Source of the DNA: Candidatus Cryptobacteroides sp.
GTDB taxonomy: Bacteria > Bacteroidota > Bacteroidia > Bacteroidales > UBA932
Length of the DNA stretch: 64,000 nt
NCBI GenBank assembly: GCA_045125535.1
Contig: JBGVNK010000031.1
Location: 22,137-86,136, forward strand
Direction of reading: 5' to 3'
Both the position numbers and the translations under genes were made by a program. The notes beneath the pieces are model-generated. The model did no database searches. It saw only the letters and a program-made list of their open reading frames with translations, and was not told where the DNA came from. Position 1 is the stretch's first letter. Every line of letters begins with the position of its first letter. Below are positions 8,608 through 17,933 of the stretch, piece by piece.

Positions 8608-10941
8608 TTAAAGCCACTGAGAAAGCCATCTGAAATACTCTCTGTGCCAGAGCATTGCATTCTGCGGCTTAAGGATCCAGTGGTTCTCGTCCGGGAACAC
8701 GAGAAGTCTCGAAGGCACCCCCATCATCTGAGCCGCATTGTAAGCAGCCATTCCCTGATCTACTGGCACACGATAGTCCATAGCACCGTGGATCACCATC
8801 AGAGGAGTATTCCATCTTGTCACCTTCTTGTGAGGAGATTCCGCATAATGACGGACAGCGCGAGGAGCATTGCTCCAAGGTGAACCGCCCTGACGGATGC
8901 CGCCGAAAGTCTGACCATCGCCCGCAGGACCTACAGGTGCATCGGCAGTGCCGAGACGCGAATCAAACCAAGTCTCGTGGAGACCTCCGTTGTCGAAATT
9001 AGGGAACCAGAGTTCCTCTGTAGTCATATACATATGCTCCTGGTTGAAGATGCCGGCATGAGCGATGAATGCGTCAAACATGCCTTCATGCACTCCGCAG
9101 AGATTATAAACCGAATATCCGCCGTAGCTTGCGCCGCAGGCCGCCATCTTGCCTACATAAGGCTCAGCCTTGAGTTCGCGCGCAGCAGCGAGGTAGTCCT
9201 GCATGTTGAGACCAGGATAATCGCCAGAGATCTGCTCTGTCCACTCCTGACCGAAGGCAGTTGTTCCGCGTCTGTTCGGAAGTACGACCACATACCCCTG
9301 ATCCGCCATCAGACGATAATTCCATCTGTACGACCATCCCTGGCTGAGCGTGCCCTGAGGACCGCCGAGGCAGATGAGGATCGAAGGATATTCCTTGGTC
9401 GCATCGAACTGAGGAGGGAAGAGTACCCATGTCAGCATGTCCTTGCCGTCCACGGTCTTCACCATGCGCGCCTCTGTCTTATGCGGAGTAAGCTGTGAAA
9501 GGATATGGCCGTTCTCGTCAGTGATCTGCTTGTAATAAGCCTGAGGGGCAACAGGAACGCCTGCAACAGACTGTTTGTATGTGTCAGAAGAAGGAACGGT
9601 GACTGCCACGATCTCAGTAGGGAAGTCCATGCTGCACCATGTGGTGTAGAAGACAGGAGTTCCGTCAGCAGATTCCGCCACATGGAAAGGCGAACCGAAA
9701 TCATACCACTGGTCGTCGCCTGTAAGTCTCTTGATGCTGCCGTCACCAAGTTCGGCCACGAACATACCCTGGATGCCCTCAGCAAGCGAAGCGAAATAAA
9801 CCGCATCTCCTGCCTCAGCCCACACCGGACCGCTCACATTATATTTGAATGCTGCAGTAACATCCTTGATGCCGCTCACCTTCGGAAGTCCCGTGCCGTT
9901 CTTAGGAACATCTGACCAATCCACGGAAGCTATCATAAGTCTCTGCTTGTCAGCCTCATAACCATCGCGCGCCATGCTCACCCAAGCCAGTTTCGAACCG
10001 TCAGGACTCCATACCGGATCAGTGTCATAACCGCCCTTCATCTCGACCATCGAAGTCTCACCGGTCTTTACATTATATATATAGATTTCAGTGTTTGTAG
10101 AGAAAGCGTACTTCTTTCCTGTGAGCTTTCTGCATGAATATGCGATGAACTTTCCGTCCGGACTCCATGCAAGCTGTTCAAGACCGCCGAAAGGCTCTGT
10201 AGGAAGCTCATAAAGAGCACCATCCTCGCCGAGAATGTCTGTCGAGTTCTCAGGAGTTATCTTCTTGCCGCCACCGAAGCTGAAATCCGCAACATAAGTG
10301 TGGGGAATCTCCATCACAGTGTGGTCCCAATGCCTGTAGAGAAGGTCGTCAGTGCTGTATGCAGTGGCCTTGTCCAACTCAGGATAAAGATCCGAAGGAG
10401 CCTTCACGCCGCTTTTCACATAACTGATATACATGATCTTCTTCTGGTCTGGAGAAAGTTTGAATTCGCCCACGCCAGAAGGCACGTCGCTGACCTGCTT
10501 GAGATTGCTGAGCTTCCATTTTCCGCCCTTCTCACCGATACGTGCAGTCCAGATCTGACCGCCTATGGTAAACGCAATCTTCTTTCCGTCCTCGCTCCAC
10601 CTTGCATTGTTAAGGCTCTTGCCAGATTCTGTAATCTGCTGAGCGTCAGATCCGTCAAGATTGCAGATCCAGAGGTTGCGCACACTTCTGTTATCCTCTA
10701 CGGAAGTATAGCTCACACCATATAATATATGTTCTCCGTCAGGAGACACCTGCGGATCCGAAAGCCTTCCGAAAGCCAGAAGCACCTCCGGACTCATCTT
10801 TCCGTCCTCGACAGTGATGGTGCTTCTTCCGATGTAGCCCTCACTGCTCAAATCATTCTTTCCATTTCTCATAAAAATCAAGATTCCTGTTGCAATTACT
10901 GCCAGCGCTGCAAAGCTGACGATCTTACCGCTTGTTTTCAT
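8608..10941 (-). CDS. S9 family peptidase (dipeptidyl-peptidase 5-like, beta-propeller plus alpha/beta hydrolase)
   Basis: N-terminal TM/signal, WSPDG propeller repeats, GGPQ, GASYGG nucleophile motif, DYRVP and FPDENHW catalytic Asp/His. Confidence 0.92.
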   Translation of the reverse strand: MKTSGKIVSFAALAVIATGILIFMRNGKNDLSSEGYIGRSTITVEDGKMSPEVLLAFGRLSDPQVSPDGEHILYGVSYTSVEDNRSVRNLWICNLDGSDAQQITESGKSLNNARWSEDGKKIAFTIGGQIWTARIGEKGGKWKLSNLKQVSDVPSGVGEFKLSPDQKKIMYISYVKSGVKAPSDLYPELDKATAYSTDDLLYRHWDHTVMEIPHTYVADFSFGGGKKITPENSTDILGEDGALYELPTEPFGGLEQLAWSPDGKFIAYSCRKLTGKKYAFSTNTEIYIYNVKTGETSMVEMKGGYDTDPVWSPDGSKLAWVSMARDGYEADKQRLMIASVDWSDVPKNGTGLPKVSGIKDVTAAFKYNVSGPVWAEAGDAVYFASLAEGIQGMFVAELGDGSIKRLTGDDQWYDFGSPFHVAESADGTPVFYTTWCSMDFPTEIVAVTVPSSDTYKQSVAGVPVAPQAYYKQITDENGHILSQLTPHKTEARMVKTVDGKDMLTWVLFPPQFDATKEYPSILICLGGPQGTLSQGWSYRWNYRLMADQGYVVVLPNRRGTTAFGQEWTEQISGDYPGLNMQDYLAAARELKAEPYVGKMAACGASYGGYSVYNLCGVHEGMFDAFIAHAGIFNQEHMYMTTEELWFPNFDNGGLHETWFDSRLGTADAPVGPAGDGQTFGGIRQGGSPWSNAPRAVRHYAESPHKKVTRWNTPLMVIHGAMDYRVPVDQGMAAYNAAQMMGVPSRLLVFPDENHWILKPQNAMLWHREYFRWLSQWL

Positions 10942-11034
10942 CTATATTAATTATTTGGTTTTCAATTATTTCTGCTGAATCGCCTGTGCCATCTGCCGCA
11001 GGCGATTTCTTGTAAAGTGTTGGTAGCGACAGTG

Positions 11035-11976
11035 TTATGTGTTTTGTGAATATCGCTCAACAGCCTTCCGCAGCTGCGCAGCCACCGCCTCCCTCACGGA
11101 AGCCGGTGACATCACCTCCACCCTTCCGGCATATTTGCAGAACTCCATGACCAGGTTCTCGTTAGGGCATACGAACATATTGAAATACACATCCTCCGGA
11201 TTGCCTCCATCCTGCATGATTTCGCGCAACTCCTTGCCCTTCAGCTCTTTCTGACTTGAGTGGATAGGGAGGTCGCGAAGGAACCTCGCCTCTGTCTGCG
11301 AAGTGCGGAACACAATGGTCTTGCCCGCCTCCTCAGGAAGATAAATGCCGAAGCTTGTTGCGAACAACTCGTCTACATCAAATCCGGAAGGCATGCGAAA
11401 AGTCTTATCAGTGAGATCCATGCTCATCACTCTGTCCAGACCATAAACCCTGAGCGCATTCCTTTCCAGACAATGACCTATCACATACCAGCGCTTGGCG
11501 AACTCCTTCACCGCATAGGGCCTCAAAGTATATGTGCTCTCCTCCGAACTTGTGTATTTCTTATATGAAATCCTGATCTCCAGTCCTTCAGTCATAGCCT
11601 CCAGAACAGTGGTCAGATGCATGTGTCCGGACGGGATGTCTTCCACGGAAACACGTCCTGAAAGCCTCTCCCTGCCAAGATTCAGCATGTTGTTGACAGT
11701 GAAAGTGTTGATCAGCCATGCCGACTCTGCATTCTCGTCAGCAACATCCTCCGAATACTCGATGAAATACCTGTTTGTGCTGCGGTTGCATCCTATCCTG
11801 ATGCCGAACACCTCCTCCACCGCCTCGCGGTGATTGTTGAAAGTGCGGCGCGAATATGCACTATCGAAGCGGCTCTCCCATCTGTCGGAAATCTCCTCCA
11901 GGCTGAGACCCTTCTCTCCGGCCCTGATGAATGTCTGCACCAGCCAGATGTATTTTCTCAATAGTTCCGTTACCAT
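11035..11976 (-). CDS. WYL-domain HTH transcriptional regulator
   Basis: N-terminal wHTH (YIWLVQT..SRRTFNNHREAVEEVFGI), WYL core (PYAVKEFAKRWYVIG..RVYGLDRV), WCX-like end (VEVMSPASVR). Start at ATG 11976. Confidence 0.9.
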   Translation of the reverse strand: MVTELLRKYIWLVQTFIRAGEKGLSLEEISDRWESRFDSAYSRRTFNNHREAVEEVFGIRIGCNRSTNRYFIEYSEDVADENAESAWLINTFTVNNMLNLGRERLSGRVSVEDIPSGHMHLTTVLEAMTEGLEIRISYKKYTSSEESTYTLRPYAVKEFAKRWYVIGHCLERNALRVYGLDRVMSMDLTDKTFRMPSGFDVDELFATSFGIYLPEEAGKTIVFRTSQTEARFLRDLPIHSSQKELKGKELREIMQDGGNPEDVYFNMFVCPNENLVMEFCKYAGRVEVMSPASVREAVAAQLRKAVERYSQNT

Positions 11977-12028
11977 ATTTATATTAAAAGTTTTCCTTTC
12001 CAATCATTCCTGTATTCTGAACAATCCT

Positions 12029-12056
12029 GTCATTTTGAGCGACAGCGAGGAATCTC
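12029..12056 (+). repeat. REP-like palindromic element remnant
   Basis: GTCATTTTGAGCGACAGCGAGGAATCTC resembles the GTCATTCTGAGCGAAGCGAAGAATCT REP-type family (recalled, not searched); lies immediately after the recG stop. Confidence 0.55.
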
Positions 12057-14342
12057 CTAGCTGATTTTACTATAATCCTTTATCTGATATTTATCCTTTC
12101 GTAATTCATTGCGCAGCAACTGATTGTGGTCGGCATGCAGCGTCGGGTCCTCCCTCAGCACCGCATCAGCGCAATCCCTCGCCGCATTGAGGATAAGACC
12201 ATCCTTCGCCAGCGAAGCAATGTTCAGACTGATCGGCAGACCGCTCTGCTGAGTGCCCTCCAGGTCGCCCGGCCCCCTCATCTTCATATCCTCCTCAGCC
12301 AGTTCAAAACCGTTCTCAGTCGCGCACATCAGTTCGATCCTGTGCTTCGACTCCTTGCTCAACTTATGTCCAGTCATCAGCACGCAATACGACTTCTCGC
12401 TGCCTCGGCCCACGCGGCCTCGCAGCTGATGCAGCTGGCTCAGACCGAACCTCTCAGCACTCTCGATCACCATCACCGAAGCATTCGGCACATCCACCCC
12501 CACCTCGATCACCGAAGTAGCCACAAGAATATCCGCCCTGCCAGCAGCGAACGCATCCATATTGAATTTCTTCACATCATTCAGCTGCTTTCCATGCACC
12601 ACTGCTGTCTTGTAGTCAGGGAACGGGAAATGCTTGATGATGTCCTCTGCTCCCGCTTCAAGGCTCTGATAATCAAGCTTCTCTGTCTCGTTGATAAGAG
12701 GATATACCACGAAAATCTGACGTCCCAGAGCAATCTGGTCGCGCATGAACTTATACAGTGCCGGCCTCTTTCCCTCAGTCGCATGAATTGTCTGCACCGG
12801 CTTTCTTCCAGGAGGAAGTTCGTCGATCACCGACACGTCAAGGTCGCCGTAAAGAGTCATCGCGAGCGTACGAGGAATAGGAGTCGCAGTCATCACAAGC
12901 ACATGAGGCGGAGCCCCGCATGAAGCCTTTCTCCAGAGCTTTGACCTCTGCTCCACGCCAAACCGATGCTGCTCATCGATTATCGCCAGTCCGAGATTCC
13001 TGAATACGACATTATCCTCAATCAGCGCATGAGTACCCACAATCACCCCGATGCTTCCGTCCTCAAGGCCTGCATGCACCTCGCGCCTTTCTGCAGTCTT
13101 TGAACTTCCTGTCAGAAGGGCGGACTTCACGCCAGTTGGCTCAAGAAATTTCTGGATATTCTTAAAATGCTGCTGGGCAAGTACTTCCGTTGGAGCCATG
13201 ATGCAGGCTTGATATCCGTTTCCGATAGCGATCAACGCAGTAAGCACTGCCACCATAGTCTTTCCGCTACCCACATCTCCCTGCAGCAGACGGTTCATCT
13301 GATGACCGCTCTTCATGTCGTTGCGGATCTCGGTGATCACCCTCTTCTGCGCTCCCGTCAAAGGGAAGGGGAGTGCCTCATAACATTTGTTGAACGCCTC
13401 GCCCACACGTGACATCATGATGCCCTGCTCCGCGCGGCTGCGCACATATTTCTGTTTCAGCAGCGACAGCTGCAGATAGAAAAGTTCCTCAAACTTAAGA
13501 CGGTATTTCGCCTTCTCAAGCGAAACCATATCCTTCGGAAAATGAATGTTCCTCAAAGCGAAATGTATCGGCACAAGTCCGCACTGCCTCATTATATACT
13601 CCGGCAGACTTTCCTCCACAGCACCAAGCGCCTTGTTCAGCGCCGCCTCCATCAGCTTGTTCATCACCTTGCCGGTCACCCCGCTGTTCTTCAGCCTCTC
13701 CGTGCTCTGATACACCCCCGTCATCGTTCCGCTCAATCCTGACACGCCGTTGCTGCCCGCACCGTTCGCCGTCATGCCAGACCCGATGCTCGTCATGCCC
13801 GCACCGTTCGCCGTCATGCCCGACCCGATCGGGCATCCCGCCGGCACAGCATCCACCTCCGGATGCACGATGTTCATCCTGCCGTTAAACGCCGACGGCT
13901 TCCCGAAAAACACCCACTCGCTCCCCACCGCCAGCCTCTCATACATCCACTTGATACCCTTGAAAAACACCAGCTCCATCTCCCCGCTGCCATCGCCGAC
14001 CCATACGCTCATCCTCTTTACGGTGTTGAATTTCAGAGCCTTATCCTTGGCGCTCATCGCACCACCGACACTGCTCATGTCCATTGAGCCGGTTCGTCCC
14101 TCGTCGCCGCCCCTGCCATACAGATCCACCCGCATCACCCGCGCCCTGAACTGCACATAAGCCATATCCGGTCTAGCATCGGCAATCCTCATAAACGAAC
14201 TCCTGTCGATATATCTGAACGGATAAAGCCTCAGCAGTTCTCCCACAGTGCCCACGCCAAGCTCCTTCCGGAGAAGTTCAGCCCTCTTAGGCCCTACCCC
14301 CGGCAGAAACTGAATGTCCATATCCAAAGCACTCTTTTCCAT
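12057..14342 (-). CDS. recG: ATP-dependent DNA helicase RecG
   Basis: LPGVGPKRA, RLKFEELF, QGDVGSGKT, APTEVLAQQH, IIDEQHRFGV, MTATPIPRT, QLRGRVGRG, RGPGD. Start at ATG 14342. Confidence 0.97.
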   Translation of the reverse strand: MEKSALDMDIQFLPGVGPKRAELLRKELGVGTVGELLRLYPFRYIDRSSFMRIADARPDMAYVQFRARVMRVDLYGRGGDEGRTGSMDMSSVGGAMSAKDKALKFNTVKRMSVWVGDGSGEMELVFFKGIKWMYERLAVGSEWVFFGKPSAFNGRMNIVHPEVDAVPAGCPIGSGMTANGAGMTSIGSGMTANGAGSNGVSGLSGTMTGVYQSTERLKNSGVTGKVMNKLMEAALNKALGAVEESLPEYIMRQCGLVPIHFALRNIHFPKDMVSLEKAKYRLKFEELFYLQLSLLKQKYVRSRAEQGIMMSRVGEAFNKCYEALPFPLTGAQKRVITEIRNDMKSGHQMNRLLQGDVGSGKTMVAVLTALIAIGNGYQACIMAPTEVLAQQHFKNIQKFLEPTGVKSALLTGSSKTAERREVHAGLEDGSIGVIVGTHALIEDNVVFRNLGLAIIDEQHRFGVEQRSKLWRKASCGAPPHVLVMTATPIPRTLAMTLYGDLDVSVIDELPPGRKPVQTIHATEGKRPALYKFMRDQIALGRQIFVVYPLINETEKLDYQSLEAGAEDIIKHFPFPDYKTAVVHGKQLNDVKKFNMDAFAAGRADILVATSVIEVGVDVPNASVMVIESAERFGLSQLHQLRGRVGRGSEKSYCVLMTGHKLSKESKHRIELMCATENGFELAEEDMKMRGPGDLEGTQQSGLPISLNIASLAKDGLILNAARDCADAVLREDPTLHADHNQLLRNELRKDKYQIKDYSKIS
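13754..13838. repeat. 42-bp tandem duplication plus REP-like palindrome inserted in frame in recG
   Basis: GCCCGCACCGTTCGCCGTCATGCC(A/C)GACCCGAT at 13755 and 13797; palindrome GTCATGCCCGACCCGATCGGGCATCC at 13813-13838; encodes GCPIGSGMTANGAGMTSIGSGMTANGAG. Confidence 0.8.
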
Positions 14343-14529
14343 ATCCGAATCAATCAATCGATGTACAGGCCCGGCACAAATTGCCCTGTACGAAACAAAG
14401 ATAACGAACGAATGTGCCAAACCAAGGCAAATATAAGAAAATAACTCCAAACCCCTTCGCCATTTCAAGAAAATATCGCCCTAGCTTAAATTTCAACTCT
14501 AGCAACGCTAATGAAATATACCCAAAAAC

Positions 14530-14573
14530 AAGTCGCGTGTCAGATTCTCTTAAAAATCAGACACGCGACTTTT
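14530..14573. terminator. intrinsic terminator hairpin
   Basis: AAGTCGCGTGTCAGATT...AATCAGACACGCGACTT flanked by A-rich and T-rich tracts. Confidence 0.7.
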
Positions 14574-14646
14574 ATTTTAAAGCTGATTATTAACTTTTTA
14601 TAGTCAACAAATAATCCTTATCCATTGCATTTTAATTGAAAATCTC

Positions 14647-14654
14647 TACCTTTG
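14647..14654 (+). promoter_or_regulatory. Bacteroidota sigma-A -7 box
   Basis: TACCTTTG (TAnnTTTG) with TTG about 20 nt upstream; no plus-strand ORF downstream. Confidence 0.7.
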
Positions 14655-14659
14655 CAACG

Positions 14660-14790
14660 AGATTTTAGACGTAGTTAGGATGGGGTATTTCGTTTAGTGC
14701 AAAGCCCTCGCCCCGAGCCCCACCAATAGGTAAACATCCGCTACGCATTCTTGAGGTGAATCATAGGGATGTCGTCATGACATCCTTTTC
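14660..14790 (+). ncRNA. putative structured small RNA convergent with and overlapping the 3' end of the 14761-15297 gene
   Basis: Promoter box upstream; closing stem CGTAG-TTA-GGATG (14670-14682) / CATCC-G-CTACG (14735-14745) with internal hairpins; terminator GGATGTC-GTCAT-GACATCC-TTTT at 14767-14789. GC-rich within an AT-rich islet. Confidence 0.55.
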
Positions 14791-15297
14791 TGTTTTTAGA
14801 GCAGTAATGCAATACTGTACTTTCTCATGAGTCCTGCGCCTTACACCAACAGTCATCTTAATAATGCCTATTCCAACACAATCATATTTCATGATAATTA
14901 TCTTCTCAAAGGGCTTTTGATTGCCATTATTCTTGCTGGGAACGGTTGAAACAACTTTTGCATTAGTCAGTATGGCGTCCAACTGCATGACTGCCAACGT
15001 GGAAAGATAGGTTCTTGAGGCATGCGTGCAAGTCTCAGTAATTGAGACGAAGCGAATATTTATGTAATCGTTAAGAGATAAATTGAACTTTCTTAAGGAT
15101 GGGTTATGTAATTTCCAATCATGATAATATTTTGAGATAATCGAACGCCTTCTTTCAATGTCTACCATCAAATTTCCTATGGGTACATCCTCAGGCTTGA
15201 TTTCTAGATGGTTAGTGCTTTGATCTAACTCATCTTTACCAATACCAATGTTATCCAAAAGCTTTAACCTTTTTTCTTCAAAGTGAATTTCTTTCAT
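14761..15297 (-). CDS. hypothetical protein, possible LPD3/BECR-fold RNase-like
   Basis: 178 aa. Pattern N.SLNDYINIRFVSITETCTHAS..STLAVMQLDAILTNAKVV..KMTVG..QYCITAL recalls LPD3/PBECR-type domains (from memory, not searched). Confidence 0.55.
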   Translation of the reverse strand: MKEIHFEEKRLKLLDNIGIGKDELDQSTNHLEIKPEDVPIGNLMVDIERRRSIISKYYHDWKLHNPSLRKFNLSLNDYINIRFVSITETCTHASRTYLSTLAVMQLDAILTNAKVVSTVPSKNNGNQKPFEKIIIMKYDCVGIGIIKMTVGVRRRTHEKVQYCITALKTEKDVMTTSL

Positions 15298-15317
15298 GTT
15301 CTATATGAGGCGTATAT

Positions 15318-16178
15318 CTATTCTTTAATTTTGTTACGAATTTCTTCTAATTCACTTTTGGAAAAAATTCCATAAAGAAAATTCATTGCTCTAGTACGCA
15401 TAGGGTCACTTTCTTTGATCATCATGATCATCATTTTCAATTCCTCTTCCTTAATCTCATCAGAGACTTGTTCTCCGTAATATATAAATTTTTCTGTCAA
15501 TGGTAAGAAATAGCCATCACAAGTTACTCTGAGCATGTAAAATAATGCAAGTTTCTGATCATTAACATTATTGTCAAAATAAAGTTTGACGCCAACTCTA
15601 CGAGCATTGGAATATGCGTCATTTGATGCTTCCATATCAGAGTTCATTGGTAAACTTGGGAAATCAATAAAATCCTGATATAGATAGAAATGTGTATTGT
15701 CACCAATATAAAGTAGCCTTTTAGAATACAAGTCATACTTGAGCCAAGGTATCTCTGCATTTACTGCTTTTACAATCAACCACAAGTCGTCAAGAAAACC
15801 AGAATAAAGAATATGCCACAGATCTGAATGTTTTGGGAAATGCAAGAGTGCATCTTTTTCAGAATAATTCTTATACGCAAAATGTCGTATTGCTTCTTCA
15901 AACGTACCTTTAAAATCAATGTCCTCAAAGCATTTAGAGAATACTTCTATTGTTCTTGATCGTAAATCCATTTTATAAGAAACGTCAACTATATAATCCC
16001 TGTTTGATTTTTCCAGTCTGAGTCTCCTGACGTAAGTTTCAAGGCAAAAATCACGATCTCCTTGAGGGAAATTTGCAAAAATGCCGCTATAATCACTAGG
16101 GTGAGCATCACCAAATCTATAATATTCATGCTCTTGGCCCTGATAATCTGTAATTTTGAAATAACCTAGTACTCCCAT
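15318..16178 (-). CDS. hypothetical protein
   Basis: 286-aa AT-rich ORF, 20 bp upstream of the next gene on the same strand; no family recognised. Confidence 0.7.
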   Translation of the reverse strand: MGVLGYFKITDYQGQEHEYYRFGDAHPSDYSGIFANFPQGDRDFCLETYVRRLRLEKSNRDYIVDVSYKMDLRSRTIEVFSKCFEDIDFKGTFEEAIRHFAYKNYSEKDALLHFPKHSDLWHILYSGFLDDLWLIVKAVNAEIPWLKYDLYSKRLLYIGDNTHFYLYQDFIDFPSLPMNSDMEASNDAYSNARRVGVKLYFDNNVNDQKLALFYMLRVTCDGYFLPLTEKFIYYGEQVSDEIKEEELKMMIMMIKESDPMRTRAMNFLYGIFSKSELEEIRNKIKE

Positions 16179-16266
16179 AATAAAGATAATTAGATGTTAC
16201 AATGATAGCGTTCGTCCAAAGCATTGGCTTTGAACAAACTATAGTTCTTTTAGACTAAAATGCGTT

Positions 16267-16488
16267 TTATGCTGAAAACGGACGTATCAGACGAATGTCC
16301 TCCCGGCAAATGCTATACTGTCGTGCAAACAGTTCAATAGCATCTTTAAGAGTCCATCCAGAAGCTAGTAGTAGATTTTGGTCCTGATGTAACGAGACCG
16401 TATAAGCAGTATGCAAACTATGACTGATTGAGTCAAATGCAGGCACGGTCTTCACCTTGAGATAAATGATTTTCTTGTTTTCCATGAT
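16267..16488 (-). CDS. small hypothetical protein
   Basis: About 73 aa (MENKKIIYLKVK..GWTLKDAIELFA); minus-strand TATATTTG box at ~16554-16561 upstream. Confidence 0.6.
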   Translation of the reverse strand: MMENKKIIYLKVKTVPAFDSISHSLHTAYTVSLHQDQNLLLASGWTLKDAIELFARQYSICREDIRLIRPFSA

Positions 16489-16625
16489 CAAAAGTATTAT
16501 ATGACTATGCCATTTGATCGTGGATGGCGAACCAGAAATGTCCTAAAGATGCACAAATATAGCAAAAATCCTGAAGACTTCCTATTTTGTACATGAATAT
16601 CTGCCAGGTGTCATGCATCAGGCAC

Positions 16626-16700
16626 AAAGGGGGAAGAGCAGCCCCGGGCTGAGCTGCGTCGCCCCCTTTGAGCGCTTGGCAAGCGTATACGCCAAGCGCG
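16626..16700. repeat. GC-rich double-hairpin element at islet boundary
   Basis: CAAAGGGGG...GCAGC...GCTGC...CCCCCTTTG and GCGCTTGGC-AAGCGTATAC-GCCAAGCGC inverted repeats. Confidence 0.6.
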
Positions 16701-16822
16701 CTGCCCCTCCCATCCCTCCCATCCACCCAGCCCCCATCAAGCTCCCTCCTAAAATCCTTCAGACATGCCGCCCATTCCCAAAAAAACGTTATATTTGTAA
16801 GTTATTTATAAAAAGCGCAAAA

Positions 16823-17905
16823 ATGGCAAAGAAACTAGTAGTAGGAATCACCCAGGGAGACGGCAACGGCATCGGCTATGAAGTCATCATCAAAGCCCTT
16901 GCAGACGAAAGAATGCTCGACCTCTGCACACCAGTGATTTACGGATCCTCAAAGATCTTCGGATTCTATAAGAAGCAGATACACAATATCGAACAGATCA
17001 ACACCAACGTCATCACATCTGCAAAAGACGTCCACCAGAAGAGAGTCAACATCGTGAACTGTCTCCCTGAAAACGTCTTCGTAGAGCCAGGCCAGCCGAC
17101 CCCTGAGTCAGCGAAATCGGCCATGACCGCCCTCGAAAGAGCAGTTGAAGACATCAAGGCAGGCTACATAGACGTCCTCGTCACAGCCCCTATCAACAAG
17201 CGCGCGATGGTGAACGAAGGATTCAGCTACACCGGCCACACAGAATACCTCGAGAAGGAATTCGGAGTGGATGAAGTTGCAATGATCATGGTCAGCGAAC
17301 AACTCAAGATCGGTGTCGTGACCGGACACATCTCCCTCAAGGACGTCTGCACAAGCATTACAGAGGAAAAGATCCTCAAGAAACTCAGACTCATAAAGGC
17401 ATCCCTCCAGCGCGACTTCGGCGTGGACCAGCCTAAGATCGCAGTCCTCGGACTCAACCCACACTGCGGCGACGGCGGACTCCTCGGCGACGAAGAGCAG
17501 CAGATCATCCTCCCTGCAGTAAAGAAGGCGAACGAAGAGGGTATCCTCGCGTTCGGCCCATACTCTCCGGACGGTTTCTTCGGCCTCGGCAACTACAGCA
17601 GATATGACGCAGTCCTCGCCATGTACCACGACCAGGGCCTCACCCCATTCAAGGCCATCGCATTCGAGGAAGGCGTGAACTATACAGCAGGACTCCCTAT
17701 CGTCAGAACATCCCCTGACCATGGTACTGCATACGAAATGGCAGGTCGCGATCTCGCAGACCCACGCTCGATGATGTCAGCAATCTACGCAGCTATCGAC
17801 ATCTACAACCGCCGTGCGGAGTATGACGATCTCGTGGAGAACCGTATGACCATCAAGGCCCCTGACACAGAGATCAAGCCTCGCGGAGGACGAATCATCG
17901 AATAA
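16823..17905 (+). CDS. pdxA: 4-hydroxythreonine-4-phosphate dehydrogenase PdxA
   Basis: GITQGDGNGIGYE, VTAPINK, GHTEYL, GLNPHCGD, AMYHDQGL, RTSPDHGTA. Start at ATG 16823; TATATTTG box at ~16790. Confidence 0.95.
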   Translation: MAKKLVVGITQGDGNGIGYEVIIKALADERMLDLCTPVIYGSSKIFGFYKKQIHNIEQINTNVITSAKDVHQKRVNIVNCLPENVFVEPGQPTPESAKSAMTALERAVEDIKAGYIDVLVTAPINKRAMVNEGFSYTGHTEYLEKEFGVDEVAMIMVSEQLKIGVVTGHISLKDVCTSITEEKILKKLRLIKASLQRDFGVDQPKIAVLGLNPHCGDGGLLGDEEQQIILPAVKKANEEGILAFGPYSPDGFFGLGNYSRYDAVLAMYHDQGLTPFKAIAFEEGVNYTAGLPIVRTSPDHGTAYEMAGRDLADPRSMMSAIYAAIDIYNRRAEYDDLVENRMTIKAPDTEIKPRGGRIIE

Positions 17906-17933
17906 TCCCGACCAGAGACCTTCAAAGCAGGCA

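Noticed and set aside
11035-11976. WYL gene as a marker of a defence island
   Set aside because: Lies between recG and a peptidase with host-like composition; no adjacent defence genes.
16613-16822. 70-aa N-terminal extension of PdxA
   Set aside because: Runs through a palindromic element and the promoter box at ~16790; PdxA homology begins at 16823.
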